Origin: Granulicella sp.
Lineage (GTDB): Bacteria > Acidobacteriota > Terriglobia > Terriglobales > Acidobacteriaceae
DNA: 64,000 bases
Reading direction: 5' to 3'
Assembly (NCBI GenBank): GCA_027339965.1
Contig: DAHWNL010000073.1
Span: 1,113-65,112, forward strand
Shown here: piece after piece, positions 55,872 to 64,000 of the stretch
How positions within the stretch are numbered: position 1 is the first letter of the stretch
How the letters are laid out: the number at the start of each line of letters is the position of its first letter
Made by a program: the position numbers and the translations under genes
Notes under the pieces: generated by a model
Told to the model about the DNA's origin: nothing
Databases searched by the model: none
The model's input: the letters and a program-made list of their open reading frames with translations, nothing else

Positions 55872-56150
55872 ATGATTGGGAGCATGCTTCGGCAGTCAGA
55901 ATGGGATGAAGATCGCTTAGAAGCGGCTCACAAGCATTCCATCTTCAACCGTGAAGAACTGCAAAGAAGTTCTCTGTGCGGATGCTTTTACTGCTTTGCG
56001 ACCTTCTCCCCCGCAGAGGTATCTGAATGGATTGATGAAGGCCAGACAGCGGTATGTCCGAAGTGTCCGATCGATTCGGTAATCGGTTCCGCTTCTGGAT
56101 TTCCGATCACGCAAGATTTCCTGCACTGCATGCATGACAAGTGCTTCTAG
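55872..56150 (+). CDS. small Cys-rich (zinc-ribbon-like) protein
   Basis: 92 aa with 'CGCFYCFATF...AVCPKCPIDSVIG'. Confidence 0.5.
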   Translation: MIGSMLRQSEWDEDRLEAAHKHSIFNREELQRSSLCGCFYCFATFSPAEVSEWIDEGQTAVCPKCPIDSVIGSASGFPITQDFLHCMHDKCF

Positions 56151-56189
56151 TGCGGATTCGCGTACGTTGAAGGGCAAGCCCCACTTCAG

Positions 56190-56732
56190 CTACTGTACCC
56201 AGGTCTCTCCCCTGCCAAATTCTTTCTCACCCGCAAGGAGTTGCACATCAGGTCGGTAATACGAAACCACATCGATAAGGTGATTTAGGCAGATAAGTTT
56301 GTAATGCAGAATCTCTTGGATATGGCCGCCCGTATCGCGCATTACGTGGTCGAGGAAATGCGATCGCGTGTAGACGCGCAGAATCTTCCCTGTGTAGACC
56401 TCGTCGTCGTAGCCATTCGGCGCATTTGACCCTACGAGTTCCTCGGTCACCAGGTAGGCGAGGTAGTGCTTCCACGATAGCTGGAACACCTTGCATCCCT
56501 CGACGGACTCTATGGGGTGTGCTCCTGCTAATAGCTGTGCCAGTTCAGGTCGATCACTTGCGACCACTGCTGCCTCGTTCACGACAGCCTCTTCCACAAC
56601 AATTCTCAAAGAATTGAAAACGTTCTTGTTCGGCTCGGAGATTTGGCGGAGATCGACATACCTCGCAGCGTTCAATCGCTCGATTACTTCGGAATCAGGC
56701 ACTCGCAAGGGGTTCTCTGACATCTCACCCAT
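56190..56732 (-). CDS. hypothetical protein
   Basis: 180-aa ORF in the cargo region. No motif recognised. Confidence 0.5.
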   Translation of the reverse strand: MGEMSENPLRVPDSEVIERLNAARYVDLRQISEPNKNVFNSLRIVVEEAVVNEAAVVASDRPELAQLLAGAHPIESVEGCKVFQLSWKHYLAYLVTEELVGSNAPNGYDDEVYTGKILRVYTRSHFLDHVMRDTGGHIQEILHYKLICLNHLIDVVSYYRPDVQLLAGEKEFGRGETWVQ

Positions 56733-56814
56733 ATCGTAACGTGTCTACCACAGGCTAACAGGCGATCGACAGCTCAAACTCGTCAACGAGCGTCTTTCCC
56801 AAGTGGGGCCGACT

Positions 56815-56888
56815 GGGCCTCCACCCTTGTTTTTCAACAAAAGCCTGGTACTCAGCTTTTCTTCTCTCGAAAAACTTCACCATCGACC
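56815..56888 (+). repeat. hairpin repeat copy D (short form)
   Basis: GGGCCTCCACCCTTGTTTTTCAACAAAAGCCTGGTACTCAGCTTTTCTTCTCTCGAAAAACTTCACCATCGACC. Confidence 0.8.
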
Positions 56889-56937
56889 CGATTGCCCTCC
56901 GAGGGGACCGCCAGATTTGAAACATGAGCCTGTACCG

Positions 56938-58242
56938 TCATGGTTGTTCTGCATCCGCAAATTGGCCGATACCCATACCCGCGCGTGGAATGTGAATCGC
57001 CTTGTCCGAGTTCTGGGCCTTTGCTGCCGCAGCCTTCTCGAACACGAGATAGATCTCTGTCCCGGCAGGAACACTCACGACGATGTGCTCAAGGGTGAGC
57101 ATCCTCATGATCTGCTCATCGCCGGCATTCCCGATGTTGTTTGCGACCTGCATTCGCATCAGATCTCCTTCACTGAAGGAGTTGTTCACGCTGGGTGCGC
57201 CAACAAGCATCGCCGCAGTCTCACCAATTCCGGACAAGGAACGGATCAACATGTTCTTTCCACGTTGACGTCCAGTTACAGTCCCCTGTATGGCCTGGAG
57301 GTTCATGTTGGCGGCCACAGCGTCAATTGGGATAGTGGATCCATCAGGGGATTCGAGAGATGAGAATTCGATATTCATCAATCCAGATGGATCCGCCTGA
57401 ATGATTTTGCCAACGGCCCGGGCTCCGGCCGGAATGATCACCTCTCCATCGCGCTCGTAGTTGTACTCGATCACGGCAACGACAGGCGCGCGCACAGCCG
57501 TGGTAGCCATCGATTCAAGGCGCGCTGCCACATGGTAACCGGGGGCCAGGCCGAGATTGTCGACGGGCGGCGCCGAGTTCTGCACCTGCGGATGAACTGC
57601 CGTCTGTTCATGCGCCGTGAAAACCAGGGATGGAGAGTCCAGCGCATCCTCCGCCTTCTTTTGTGCCTGCTGATTTACCGAGTTCTCGCCGCCATAAGGC
57701 GGAGGCGTCCATCGAGATTGCGCATTGGGAGCGGTGTTCGGCTCATCAAATTTCGCCACCTCGCCGAGAGTTCTGGGATTCTGGGATGGATTTACTCCGG
57801 CCCCGCCGCGGGACAGGGCCTGTTTAGTACCAGGCGATTTTGTCCGCTCGATGTCGGTGGCATCGACGGTGCCGGGTTCCGGCGCAGCATTGGGAGATGG
57901 CTTCACCGCGTTATTGGGCAGAAGATTTGTGCTGGAGCCTGCAGTCCGCGATTGTCCGAGATTGGGCCTGCTGGCTTGAGAGAGCAGCCTTTTCCTGAAT
58001 GTTCCTTTGGTCGAAAGGAAGGCGACCATCCCAATTCCAAACAGAGCGATCGCGCCGAAGACAATCAGCATCGTGGCCAGATTGCCGCCGCCTGAACCGC
58101 GACTCTTCTTCAGCACAAATGGCCGCTTGCTTACCGATCCCAGCGGCGTCTCGTTCTCCTCTGAGGGAGCAACTCCGGCGTCTACCTTCTGGACTGTTTC
58201 ATCCCTCTCTACTGTCTGTGCCTGACCCATGGTCCACCTCAT
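56938..58242 (-). CDS. virB10: VirB10/TrbI-family T4SS protein
   Basis: N-terminal TM helix, Pro-rich linker, and a C-terminal beta-barrel region 'VIEYNYERDGEVIIPAGARAVGKI...IQGTVTGRQRGK'. Confidence 0.85.
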   Translation of the reverse strand: MRWTMGQAQTVERDETVQKVDAGVAPSEENETPLGSVSKRPFVLKKSRGSGGGNLATMLIVFGAIALFGIGMVAFLSTKGTFRKRLLSQASRPNLGQSRTAGSSTNLLPNNAVKPSPNAAPEPGTVDATDIERTKSPGTKQALSRGGAGVNPSQNPRTLGEVAKFDEPNTAPNAQSRWTPPPYGGENSVNQQAQKKAEDALDSPSLVFTAHEQTAVHPQVQNSAPPVDNLGLAPGYHVAARLESMATTAVRAPVVAVIEYNYERDGEVIIPAGARAVGKIIQADPSGLMNIEFSSLESPDGSTIPIDAVAANMNLQAIQGTVTGRQRGKNMLIRSLSGIGETAAMLVGAPSVNNSFSEGDLMRMQVANNIGNAGDEQIMRMLTLEHIVVSVPAGTEIYLVFEKAAAAKAQNSDKAIHIPRAGMGIGQFADAEQP

Positions 58243-58263
58243 TTCCTGAACTGATTTACCTGG

Positions 58264-59229
58264 TCACTGTCCGGGAGCGACGAAGGGCAACTGCAGCAGC
58301 AGTGGATGATCCACAGCGCTGGCCGTTCCCAGCTCCAATACCAGATGGTCCGCGCTCTGCTTGAACCCCGGCCGCGAAAACTCCACGGCGCCATCTGCTC
58401 GCTCCCCGGGGGCGAGGCGGCGGGCGGTCAGTCGGTACTCGGATACGGGCACCTGGTCTGCCAGGACCTGATCTTTCTTCTTTTTCTTCGCGCTGAGGTT
58501 TGGGCTTCGTAGCTCGACCTGCGGCGGCAGAACCTCAATCCAGTGATCCGATTTGTTGACGACCGAGAACGCGGCCAGCATGCGCTGCCCTCTTTCCTGC
58601 ACCGCTCCGAGTGCCCCAAGGATAGGCTTACCTGAGTCCGCGCGATCTGAAGCGTTTGAATCCCCGCTGTTGGTCGTAGTCCAATCAGGACTCGCGATCC
58701 CCGACTGCTGCTTGAGTGCAATATCGATAGCCGATGGTTTTGCCAGCGGGTCAGGAACAGATACGGAGTTCCCGGCAACGTCGTCTGTCGATCCGATCAG
58801 GAAACTCTGCCTTGGCTCGAAGTTCACAACGAAATCGACTGGAATTCCGGTGCTGCTGCCTTCCGACAGCAGACGCAAACTGATCTCCTGTCCCGATTGA
58901 AGGGAGATGATCAGATTGCTCGCTGTAGCCCCCGCCGTAATTGGCTTGATGAACACCAACCTTGGATCGGCGGCGGAGTGCTCGACCTTGAACAGGGTCG
59001 GCGCTCCCACGGCGACGGACGTCACGGCATCGGGCAGGCGAATCGTCGTGGTAAAGAACGGATGGAGATGTACATCAGTCACGGTGCTCGCGGAGATCGG
59101 CAGGTCGACAATTGCGGGATCCACCCGCTGTGCGCCGCCTCCAACCTGATCTGGCTGCTGCGCCCTGCCACTACCCGTCAATGCCCCGACAATAATGAGA
59201 CTGGCAATGACGATTTGCTGAGGTTTCAT
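58264..59229 (-). CDS. VirB9/TrbG/TraN-like T4SS outer-membrane core protein (copy 2)
   Basis: Trimmed to the ATG at 59229 (GGAGGA upstream), giving the signal peptide 'MKPQQIVIASLIIVGALTGSGRA'. N-domain 'TTTIRLPDAVTSVAVGAPTLFKVEH..LVFIKP'. Confidence 0.55.
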   Translation of the reverse strand: MKPQQIVIASLIIVGALTGSGRAQQPDQVGGGAQRVDPAIVDLPISASTVTDVHLHPFFTTTIRLPDAVTSVAVGAPTLFKVEHSAADPRLVFIKPITAGATASNLIISLQSGQEISLRLLSEGSSTGIPVDFVVNFEPRQSFLIGSTDDVAGNSVSVPDPLAKPSAIDIALKQQSGIASPDWTTTNSGDSNASDRADSGKPILGALGAVQERGQRMLAAFSVVNKSDHWIEVLPPQVELRSPNLSAKKKKKDQVLADQVPVSEYRLTARRLAPGERADGAVEFSRPGFKQSADHLVLELGTASAVDHPLLLQLPFVAPGQ

Positions 59230-59230
59230 G

Positions 59231-59737
59231 TCAGTTTCCTCCTTCCGGCCCAAAAGTCCTCCGCTCCGGCTGGCTGCGAAGATCGCTCTGGTAGCGGCGA
59301 CGAACAGATTCCACGTATCGCACCACATCGGGATTGCTGTAAGAGAAACCGCGCTGAAGAATGTGCCTGGAACCGCAGTAGTAGGCTGCAACGGCGAGCC
59401 GCATATCGCCATGGAATTCGCTGAGTAGATCGGCCAGATACCGAACTCCGCCGCTGAGGTTTTCCAAAATGTCGTACCGATTGCGAACACCGTATATGGC
59501 AGCGGTTCCCGGCATCAGCTGCATCAGCCCCTCAGCATCTTTCACTGACCGCGCAAGAGGATTCCAGTCCGATTCCTGTTCGATGATGGCGTCAACGAGT
59601 GCGCGGGGAACGCCGTAATGGTCCGCATAGGCGTTTGCGTAGTACATCGTTACCCGATCTTGTGCGTATGCGGCGGGATGCATAGCAACGGCGAAAGAGA
59701 CCGCCGCAAAGAGATCGAGAAGCGATGCTTTGATCAT
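59231..59737 (-). CDS. lytic transglycosylase (SLT domain, VirB1-like)
   Basis: Signal peptide, catalytic-Glu block 'IIEQESDWNP', and 'GLMQLMPGTA'. Confidence 0.85.
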   Translation of the reverse strand: MIKASLLDLFAAVSFAVAMHPAAYAQDRVTMYYANAYADHYGVPRALVDAIIEQESDWNPLARSVKDAEGLMQLMPGTAAIYGVRNRYDILENLSGGVRYLADLLSEFHGDMRLAVAAYYCGSRHILQRGFSYSNPDVVRYVESVRRRYQSDLRSQPERRTFGPEGGN

Positions 59738-60693
59738 TGGCCGATCTCGCTTTCCGCAAGAACCTTCACATCCTCGCCCGGAGAGTTTTGCGTGGTCTTT
59801 TCGGCATACTTCGCGGCCATGCGGACGATCGACTCAAAAGCCTCCTTCATGAGCAGGCGCTTCCGGTCGCCCTCTGTCTTGGCGATCAGGGGCAACATGA
59901 TCTCCTTGTGTGCAGGCAGGATCCGGTCGATGCCCAGTAATTCCATTGCCATCGCCACGTCATTCATCTCGGAGATCGACGGTGGCTTTTCGAGCGTGTA
60001 AGCCCGCAGACTCCTGGCCAATCCAGCGATGAACCGGTGCGTCGCCGCGTCTACGTGGGGCGTGCGTCTTGCCACGATCGCGGCTTCCCGTTCCGCGTTC
60101 GGATGCTCAACAACCAGATAGAAGCATCGCCGCCGAAGCGGATCGCCGAGCCTGCGTTCTTGATTCGAGGTGAGAAACACCAAAGGAATGGAAGTCGCGC
60201 GTATTGTGCCCATCCTTGGAATCGACAATGTCCACACGGAGAGGAGTTCCAGCAGCATCGCCTCGAAGGCATAGTCGACTTTGTCGATCTCATCGATGAG
60301 CAGGACGCATGAATCTTCCTGCTCAATTGCTTCGAGCAGCGGACCAGCCATGAAGTAGGCTCGGCTTGTGATTTCGCGCTTGATCTGCGCCCAGTCTGGA
60401 GTCTGGCTACTTCTGCTCATCAGCAGGACATAGAGTTCCTGCAAACTCCGGTCGTACTGCCCGATGGCTTTTTCATCGTCGATTCCCTGGTAGCACTGCA
60501 GGCGCAGCAGGGGTACAACACATGCGCGCGCAACCGACTGTGCGAGTTCCGTTTTGCCAGCGCCAGCTGGACCTTCCAACAGAATGGGGCGATGGATGCT
60601 TCCCGCGAGGAACACGGCAGTCGCCACTTTGATGTCAGTAATGTAGCCTGCGCTTTCAAGTCCGGCTAGCGTTTCCGTGGGTGAAGCAAACAT
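59734..60693 (-). CDS. MoxR-family AAA+ ATPase
   Basis: Walker A 'GPAGAGKTEL' and Walker B 'VLLIDEIDK'. ATGA overlap with the lytic transglycosylase gene. Confidence 0.85.
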   Translation of the reverse strand: MFASPTETLAGLESAGYITDIKVATAVFLAGSIHRPILLEGPAGAGKTELAQSVARACVVPLLRLQCYQGIDDEKAIGQYDRSLQELYVLLMSRSSQTPDWAQIKREITSRAYFMAGPLLEAIEQEDSCVLLIDEIDKVDYAFEAMLLELLSVWTLSIPRMGTIRATSIPLVFLTSNQERRLGDPLRRRCFYLVVEHPNAEREAAIVARRTPHVDAATHRFIAGLARSLRAYTLEKPPSISEMNDVAMAMELLGIDRILPAHKEIMLPLIAKTEGDRKRLLMKEAFESIVRMAAKYAEKTTQNSPGEDVKVLAESEIGQ

Positions 60694-60775
60694 CCCCTCT
60701 GTCCCTCCAACGCATTTAGCGTAGGGAGAGCCTAGGATGGAACTGAGTTTGGGTCAAATCACTAGGAGAGGCACC

Positions 60776-61138
60776 CTATCGATCCGGGTAAACCTGGTTG
60801 TCGGGCCCCATCCATCCTCTTTCGGTCCAATGAAAGGCGTAGTTGCTCTGGTACGTCTCGATAGTGCCAGGGGTCCTGTTTCCCAACTGAACAATGTCCT
60901 TCACCTTCGCCTCATAATAGAGGGTGTAGACATCGTTTCCGTCGATCCTCTGCATTTGCCCGTTTGTCTTCGTTAGTGTGAGCAAATCCTGTGTATGCAG
61001 GTTCTTGTGAATATCCTTCCATACTGCGATCGCATCCTGAGCAGTTGGCGGTGCCGGCGTGCGTTTGCAGGCAGTTAGTTGCCATGTAATCAGGCCAAAG
61101 GCTGCGAGGAGGAGAAGCGAGGGAATGAGTCTCTTCAT
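60776..61138 (-). CDS. lipoprotein
   Basis: Signal peptide with the lipobox 'QLTAC'. Confidence 0.6.
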   Translation of the reverse strand: MKRLIPSLLLLAAFGLITWQLTACKRTPAPPTAQDAIAVWKDIHKNLHTQDLLTLTKTNGQMQRIDGNDVYTLYYEAKVKDIVQLGNRTPGTIETYQSNYAFHWTERGWMGPDNQVYPDR

Positions 61139-61455
61139 TTTGGGGGAGGTCCTTTGCGAGATTTCATTCTTTCGAGCAATGGCTTCATCTGTTCGAGCGT
61201 GCTTTCGAAAGCGTCCCGCGCCTCGGCCATCCCTCGTTCCGGTCCGTAGCGGATGACCAAGTGCACGATCAAAGTGCGAGCCAAAGCAAGATCCGTCAAC
61301 AGCGGCAGGAAAGGTTCAGGCGCCGATTTCTCAAGTTCCTGAACGAAGGCAAGAATCTTCTCCGTATATTCATCGCTGCGCGCCTTTCCCAACTCGGTGA
61401 TCCATTCGGATTCCATGTCGAACTCGTTGCTCATCACCGCAGCCTCGCAGCGCAT
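61135..61455 (-). CDS. hypothetical protein
   Basis: 106-aa ORF (start may be the ATG at 61434). 4-nt overlap with the lipoprotein gene. Confidence 0.4.
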   Translation of the reverse strand: MRCEAAVMSNEFDMESEWITELGKARSDEYTEKILAFVQELEKSAPEPFLPLLTDLALARTLIVHLVIRYGPERGMAEARDAFESTLEQMKPLLERMKSRKGPPPK

Positions 61456-61742
61456 TTATTGATTTCTTTGTACCACCGTTCCCCACCGACTCAACAGCGG
61501 AACTCTCATGCGCTGCTGCGTGATCTTAAGGTCTGCGCCACACATTGTGTTTCGACTACTAATCCACCCACTCAGCTAACCGTGGGGTTGACCTCTTCGG
61601 CAGGCACCCGCTTCGTCCGACAAATCGGAGGGAAGGCCACCAGTCGGCGCCCATTTGACCGAAAACCGAATTCGACCCAAGATTTCCACACTTCGCCGGG
61701 TTCGCCACCCCGGACAACGTATCACGGGAGGAATTTGACGTT

Positions 61743-61982
61743 ATGGGATCAGTGGTCGCCATAAGGGAAATTGAGCAGGTCGATTCTCTTCTGACCGCCG
61801 AAGAGGTCGCCCTAAAGTTAAAGGTCAGCAAGGATTGGGTATGGGATCACTCCTCGCGGAGATTGCCCTACCTGCCGGTCATCCGCATGAGCGATGGCGC
61901 CCTGCGGTACCGGGCGAGCGGGATCGAAGAGTTCCTGAAGGAGCGGGAACGGGCCTCTTGTCTGCGGCGCAAACGCCGGTAA
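61743..61982 (+). CDS. xis: excisionase/AlpA-type helix-turn-helix protein
   Basis: 'LLTAEEVALKLKVSKDWVW' HTH. Lies immediately upstream of the integrase. Confidence 0.7.
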   Translation: MGSVVAIREIEQVDSLLTAEEVALKLKVSKDWVWDHSSRRLPYLPVIRMSDGALRYRASGIEEFLKERERASCLRRKRR

Positions 61983-62028
61983 AATGGGGGTGGCCACTTG
62001 TTCCCTCCACACAGAAATTGAGGAACAA

Positions 62029-63384
62029 ATGGGAATCTCGTACCAGAAAGGATGGGTCCGGCCACGAGGGAAGAAATGGCATGGCTGTTTCCGCCGCACC
62101 GAGCTTGACCCTGAAACCAATGCACCCAAACTCGTCACTCACTCGTTCGTTCTGGGCTTCAGATCTGAGATGTCGAAGTCCCAGGCGCGAGAGAAACTGG
62201 AAGACGAGATCGCCAAACTGGGCGGACGATCGACGGGAGCTCCATCCGTTGTCAACGGCGCGGTCACCTTCGAATGGTTCGTCAAAAACCGCTACCTGCC
62301 GCTGAAGGAGGGGGACTGGAGAGAAGAGACTGCCAAGATCAAGAAGTACCTGATCCAGGCAGATCTCATCGATGTATTCGGGGACTATCGCCTTGAAAAC
62401 TTCGACAAGGTAATTCTGCAGACCCATCTCAACAGGCTGGCCAAAATCCATTCACGAGACCGAGTGCTTCAGATCCGTTCCTATATGCGTGCCATCTTTG
62501 CGGAAGCCGTCGACCAGGACTTCATTCCGAAAGATCCCGCGCGCAAAGTCAGGCCTCCCGCAAACCTGCGCGAGGTCGATAAGACGACGTTGAGCTGGGA
62601 TCAGCTTCGCGCCGCCCTGGAAAAGCTCGGAGACATCAGTCTTCGGGACTGGATCCTGATGAAGCTCGACATGTCGAACGCGCTGCGGCCCAGCGAACTC
62701 TTTCCACTGCGGTGGCGCTGCTTCCTTGAGGACAACCGTGTCCTGGATATTCAGGAGACTGTTTACAAAGGGAAGCTTCGGCCCTACGGAAAGACCAAAT
62801 CCAGTCTCACCAAGGTTCCGATCGCCGACGTCCTGGCGAACGAAATCGCAGAATACCGGGAGGAGTGCAGGAAACAGGGGAAAGACACGTCCCCGGACGG
62901 TTTCATGTTTCCGGGGCGCTTCGGCAGACCGATGGACTCGAGCAACTTTCGCCACCGAGTCCTTCACAAGCTTGCGCGAGAACTGGAACTGCCAAAGCTG
63001 ACGTTCCAGGTCATCCGCCGCACCATCGCCACCCTGGGAAAGACCAAGGGGCACCCCAAGGACATCCAGGGCCTGATGCGGCACAGCCGGCTGGCGACGA
63101 CCATGGAAGTCTACATGCAGTCGTTGCAGCGGGAGGTCCGCACGGCGATCAACTCGATTCACGACGAGTTGATGTCGACCGGGATCAACGGCTCAGAACC
63201 GCAGCCGCCAACGATGCCTGAAGCAGGAACAGACCGCGGACTAGAAACATCTGGACGCGACCTCAAGATGGAACGGAAGCGCAAGCAGAAAGGAGAGGAT
63301 GGGGGAAAGAAGATGCCGTCGCGCTGCAAGATTCTTCCATTTGCGGGCAAAATGCGGGCAAACGGTTTGGAAGGTTTCCGCTAA
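62029..63384 (+). CDS. int: tyrosine-type site-specific integrase
   Basis: 'ALRPSELFPLRW' (Arg I) and 'GLMRHSRLATTMEVYMQ' (HxxR ... Y). Start trimmed to the ATG at 62029. Confidence 0.9.
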   Translation: MGISYQKGWVRPRGKKWHGCFRRTELDPETNAPKLVTHSFVLGFRSEMSKSQAREKLEDEIAKLGGRSTGAPSVVNGAVTFEWFVKNRYLPLKEGDWREETAKIKKYLIQADLIDVFGDYRLENFDKVILQTHLNRLAKIHSRDRVLQIRSYMRAIFAEAVDQDFIPKDPARKVRPPANLREVDKTTLSWDQLRAALEKLGDISLRDWILMKLDMSNALRPSELFPLRWRCFLEDNRVLDIQETVYKGKLRPYGKTKSSLTKVPIADVLANEIAEYREECRKQGKDTSPDGFMFPGRFGRPMDSSNFRHRVLHKLARELELPKLTFQVIRRTIATLGKTKGHPKDIQGLMRHSRLATTMEVYMQSLQREVRTAINSIHDELMSTGINGSEPQPPTMPEAGTDRGLETSGRDLKMERKRKQKGEDGGKKMPSRCKILPFAGKMRANGLEGFR

Positions 63385-63398
63385 GTTGTTGGTGGATT

Positions 63399-63474
63399 TG
63401 GTGGACCTGGTCGGGATCGAACCGACGACCTCTTCCATGCCATGGAAGCGCGCTCCCAGCTGCGCCACAGGCCC
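63399..63474 (-). tRNA. tRNA-Ala (anticodon GGC), CCA encoded
   Basis: The reverse complement folds by eye into a cloverleaf: GGGCCTG acceptor, anticodon stem CTTCC/GGAAG with loop ATGGCAT, and T-arm GTCGG-TTCGATC-CCGAC. It has the G3:U70 Ala identity pair and a 3' CCA. Confidence 0.9.
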
Positions 63475-63860
63475 ACTCTCGAAAGGGGGGACGGTTTTAT
63501 TGTCTCGGATGCCGGCCGGCAAGTCAAACCGCGCCAGCAGCCCCTGCCTTCAGGCCGTTTGGGGATCGCCTCGCCCTGGGAAAACAGCTTGGAATCATAT
63601 TGTTGGAGCAAACGGAGAGGCCAGCGCAACCTGCCGGGATGAGTCTGTCCGATGGCTGAATCCGGCGCTGGACGTCTTCCTCCTGCCAGAGAGGCCGGCT
63701 GGATCATCCAGGCGGCTTTGCCGCTGCTGATTACGGCGGCTCCAACAGACGGTCGCTCTCACCCTGCGGCCCACGCTAGACAGCCGATAGCCGAAGCGCC
63801 TAGTTTAGAGAGCATGGAAAACGTCCCTCGGTGAGGATGGCTCCGGGGGCGGAGACGGCG

Positions 63861-64000
63861 ATGAGCGATCTGGCAAGCGCAATCGGAATCCAAGAAGAAG
63901 AACAGGAACTGGTCACGGAGTTGAAGGCCGGCTCGGAGCAGGCCTTCGCTTTGCTGCTGGGACAGTACAGCCATCCCATATACTCCCTCATGCGCCGGAC
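63861..64000 (+). CDS. ECF-type sigma-70 factor, N-terminal fragment (3' end outside window)
   Basis: Open frame to the window end: 'MSDLASAIGIQEEEQELVTELKAGSEQAFALLLGQYSHPIYSLMRR', a typical region-2 start of ECF sigma factors. An in-frame ATG at 63837 is an alternative start. Confidence 0.45.
   Translation, partial: MSDLASAIGIQEEEQELVTELKAGSEQAFALLLGQYSHPIYSLMRR

Larger units (their letters stand above)
1..63474. mobile_element. integrative and conjugative element (ICE); right junction at tRNA-Ala, left junction not reached in window
   Basis: The tyrosine integrase (62029-63384) ends about 14 nt from the 3' end of a tRNA-Ala gene and is preceded by an excisionase-type HTH gene. The window also holds VirB1/2/3/4/6/8/9/10-like genes, a VirD4-type coupling protein, SSB, a primase and TA modules. 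Mobile-element-type genes continue to position 1, and no second copy of the tRNA 3' end was spotted. Confidence 0.7.

Noticed and set aside
52635-56883. Four minus-strand mini-ORFs starting inside the hairpin repeats (52635-52799, 54258-54380, 55637-55786, 56755-56883), with N-termini M(R/K)FFERRKAAYQAFVEK
   Set aside because: The N-termini are conserved only where the DNA repeat is conserved. Differences between copies are almost all non-synonymous on this strand, and the plus-strand frame is equally open. SD sequences are poor or absent and the C-termini are unrelated. A DNA/RNA-level element is more likely, though translation is not excluded.
52735-56888. Possibility that the four repeats form a CRISPR array or integron attC series
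   Set aside because: Spacing is 1.1-1.6 kb and irregular, and the intervening DNA holds full genes, so this is not CRISPR. The arms (GTTTTTC / GAAAAAC) do not fit the attC R-box consensus (GTTRRRY / RYYYAAC), and no integron integrase is present.
59734-60693. Considered calling this ATPase VirB11
   Set aside because: The motifs and length fit MoxR/AAA_5 (GPAGAGKTEL, LLIDEIDK, ~320 aa). They do not fit the hexameric secretion ATPase family of VirB11.
1-63398. Search by eye for a second copy of the tRNA-Ala 3' end (the left att site) inside the window
   Set aside because: None was noticed. A manual scan of 63 kb is not exhaustive, so this stays open and needs a computed repeat search.

Overview
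GC-rich bacterial DNA (taxon not determinable from sequence alone). Almost the whole window is one large integrative and conjugative element (ICE). Its right end abuts a tRNA-Ala(GGC) gene (63399-63474, minus strand), preceded by a tyrosine integrase and an excisionase-type HTH gene. The left end is not reached. Left to right: (1) a 5'-truncated patatin-like lipase. (2) A translationally coupled AAA+ ATPase / DUF3150-like / metallopeptidase-VWA triad. (3) A plus-strand metal island with a Cys-rich secreted protein, a CusCBA-type RND pump, a DUF318/ArsP-type permease, an FTR1 permease and a CDF-like membrane protein. (4) A PRTRC-type ubiquitin-like cassette (Ub-like C, F, E2-like B, E1-like ThiF), with its E gene displaced by a VapBC pair and a SEC-C/YecA-like gene. 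(5) A stand-alone class II ribonucleotide reductase C-terminal fragment. (6) A DNA-establishment block: SNF2 helicase, orphan N6-type methyltransferase, Rad52-like annealing protein, RNase H fusion, SSB and an AEP primase-polymerase. (7) Small cargo (DinB, RibD_C-type reductase). (8) A divergent type IV secretion system in two minus-strand operons, separated by a visibly more AT-rich cargo hotspot (Fic protein and others) that is delimited by four same-orientation copies of a ~60-75 bp nested-hairpin repeat. The most unusual item is an ~808-aa protein inside the T4SS operon (41005-43431). It carries, in order, the hallmark blocks of eukaryotic-type/YonO-like two-barrel RNA polymerases (for example NGGDFDFDWVCVID). 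No HUH/MOB relaxase and no VirB11 are recognisable in the window. No rRNA, CRISPR array or transposase was seen. All homology calls come from motif recognition by eye, not database searches.
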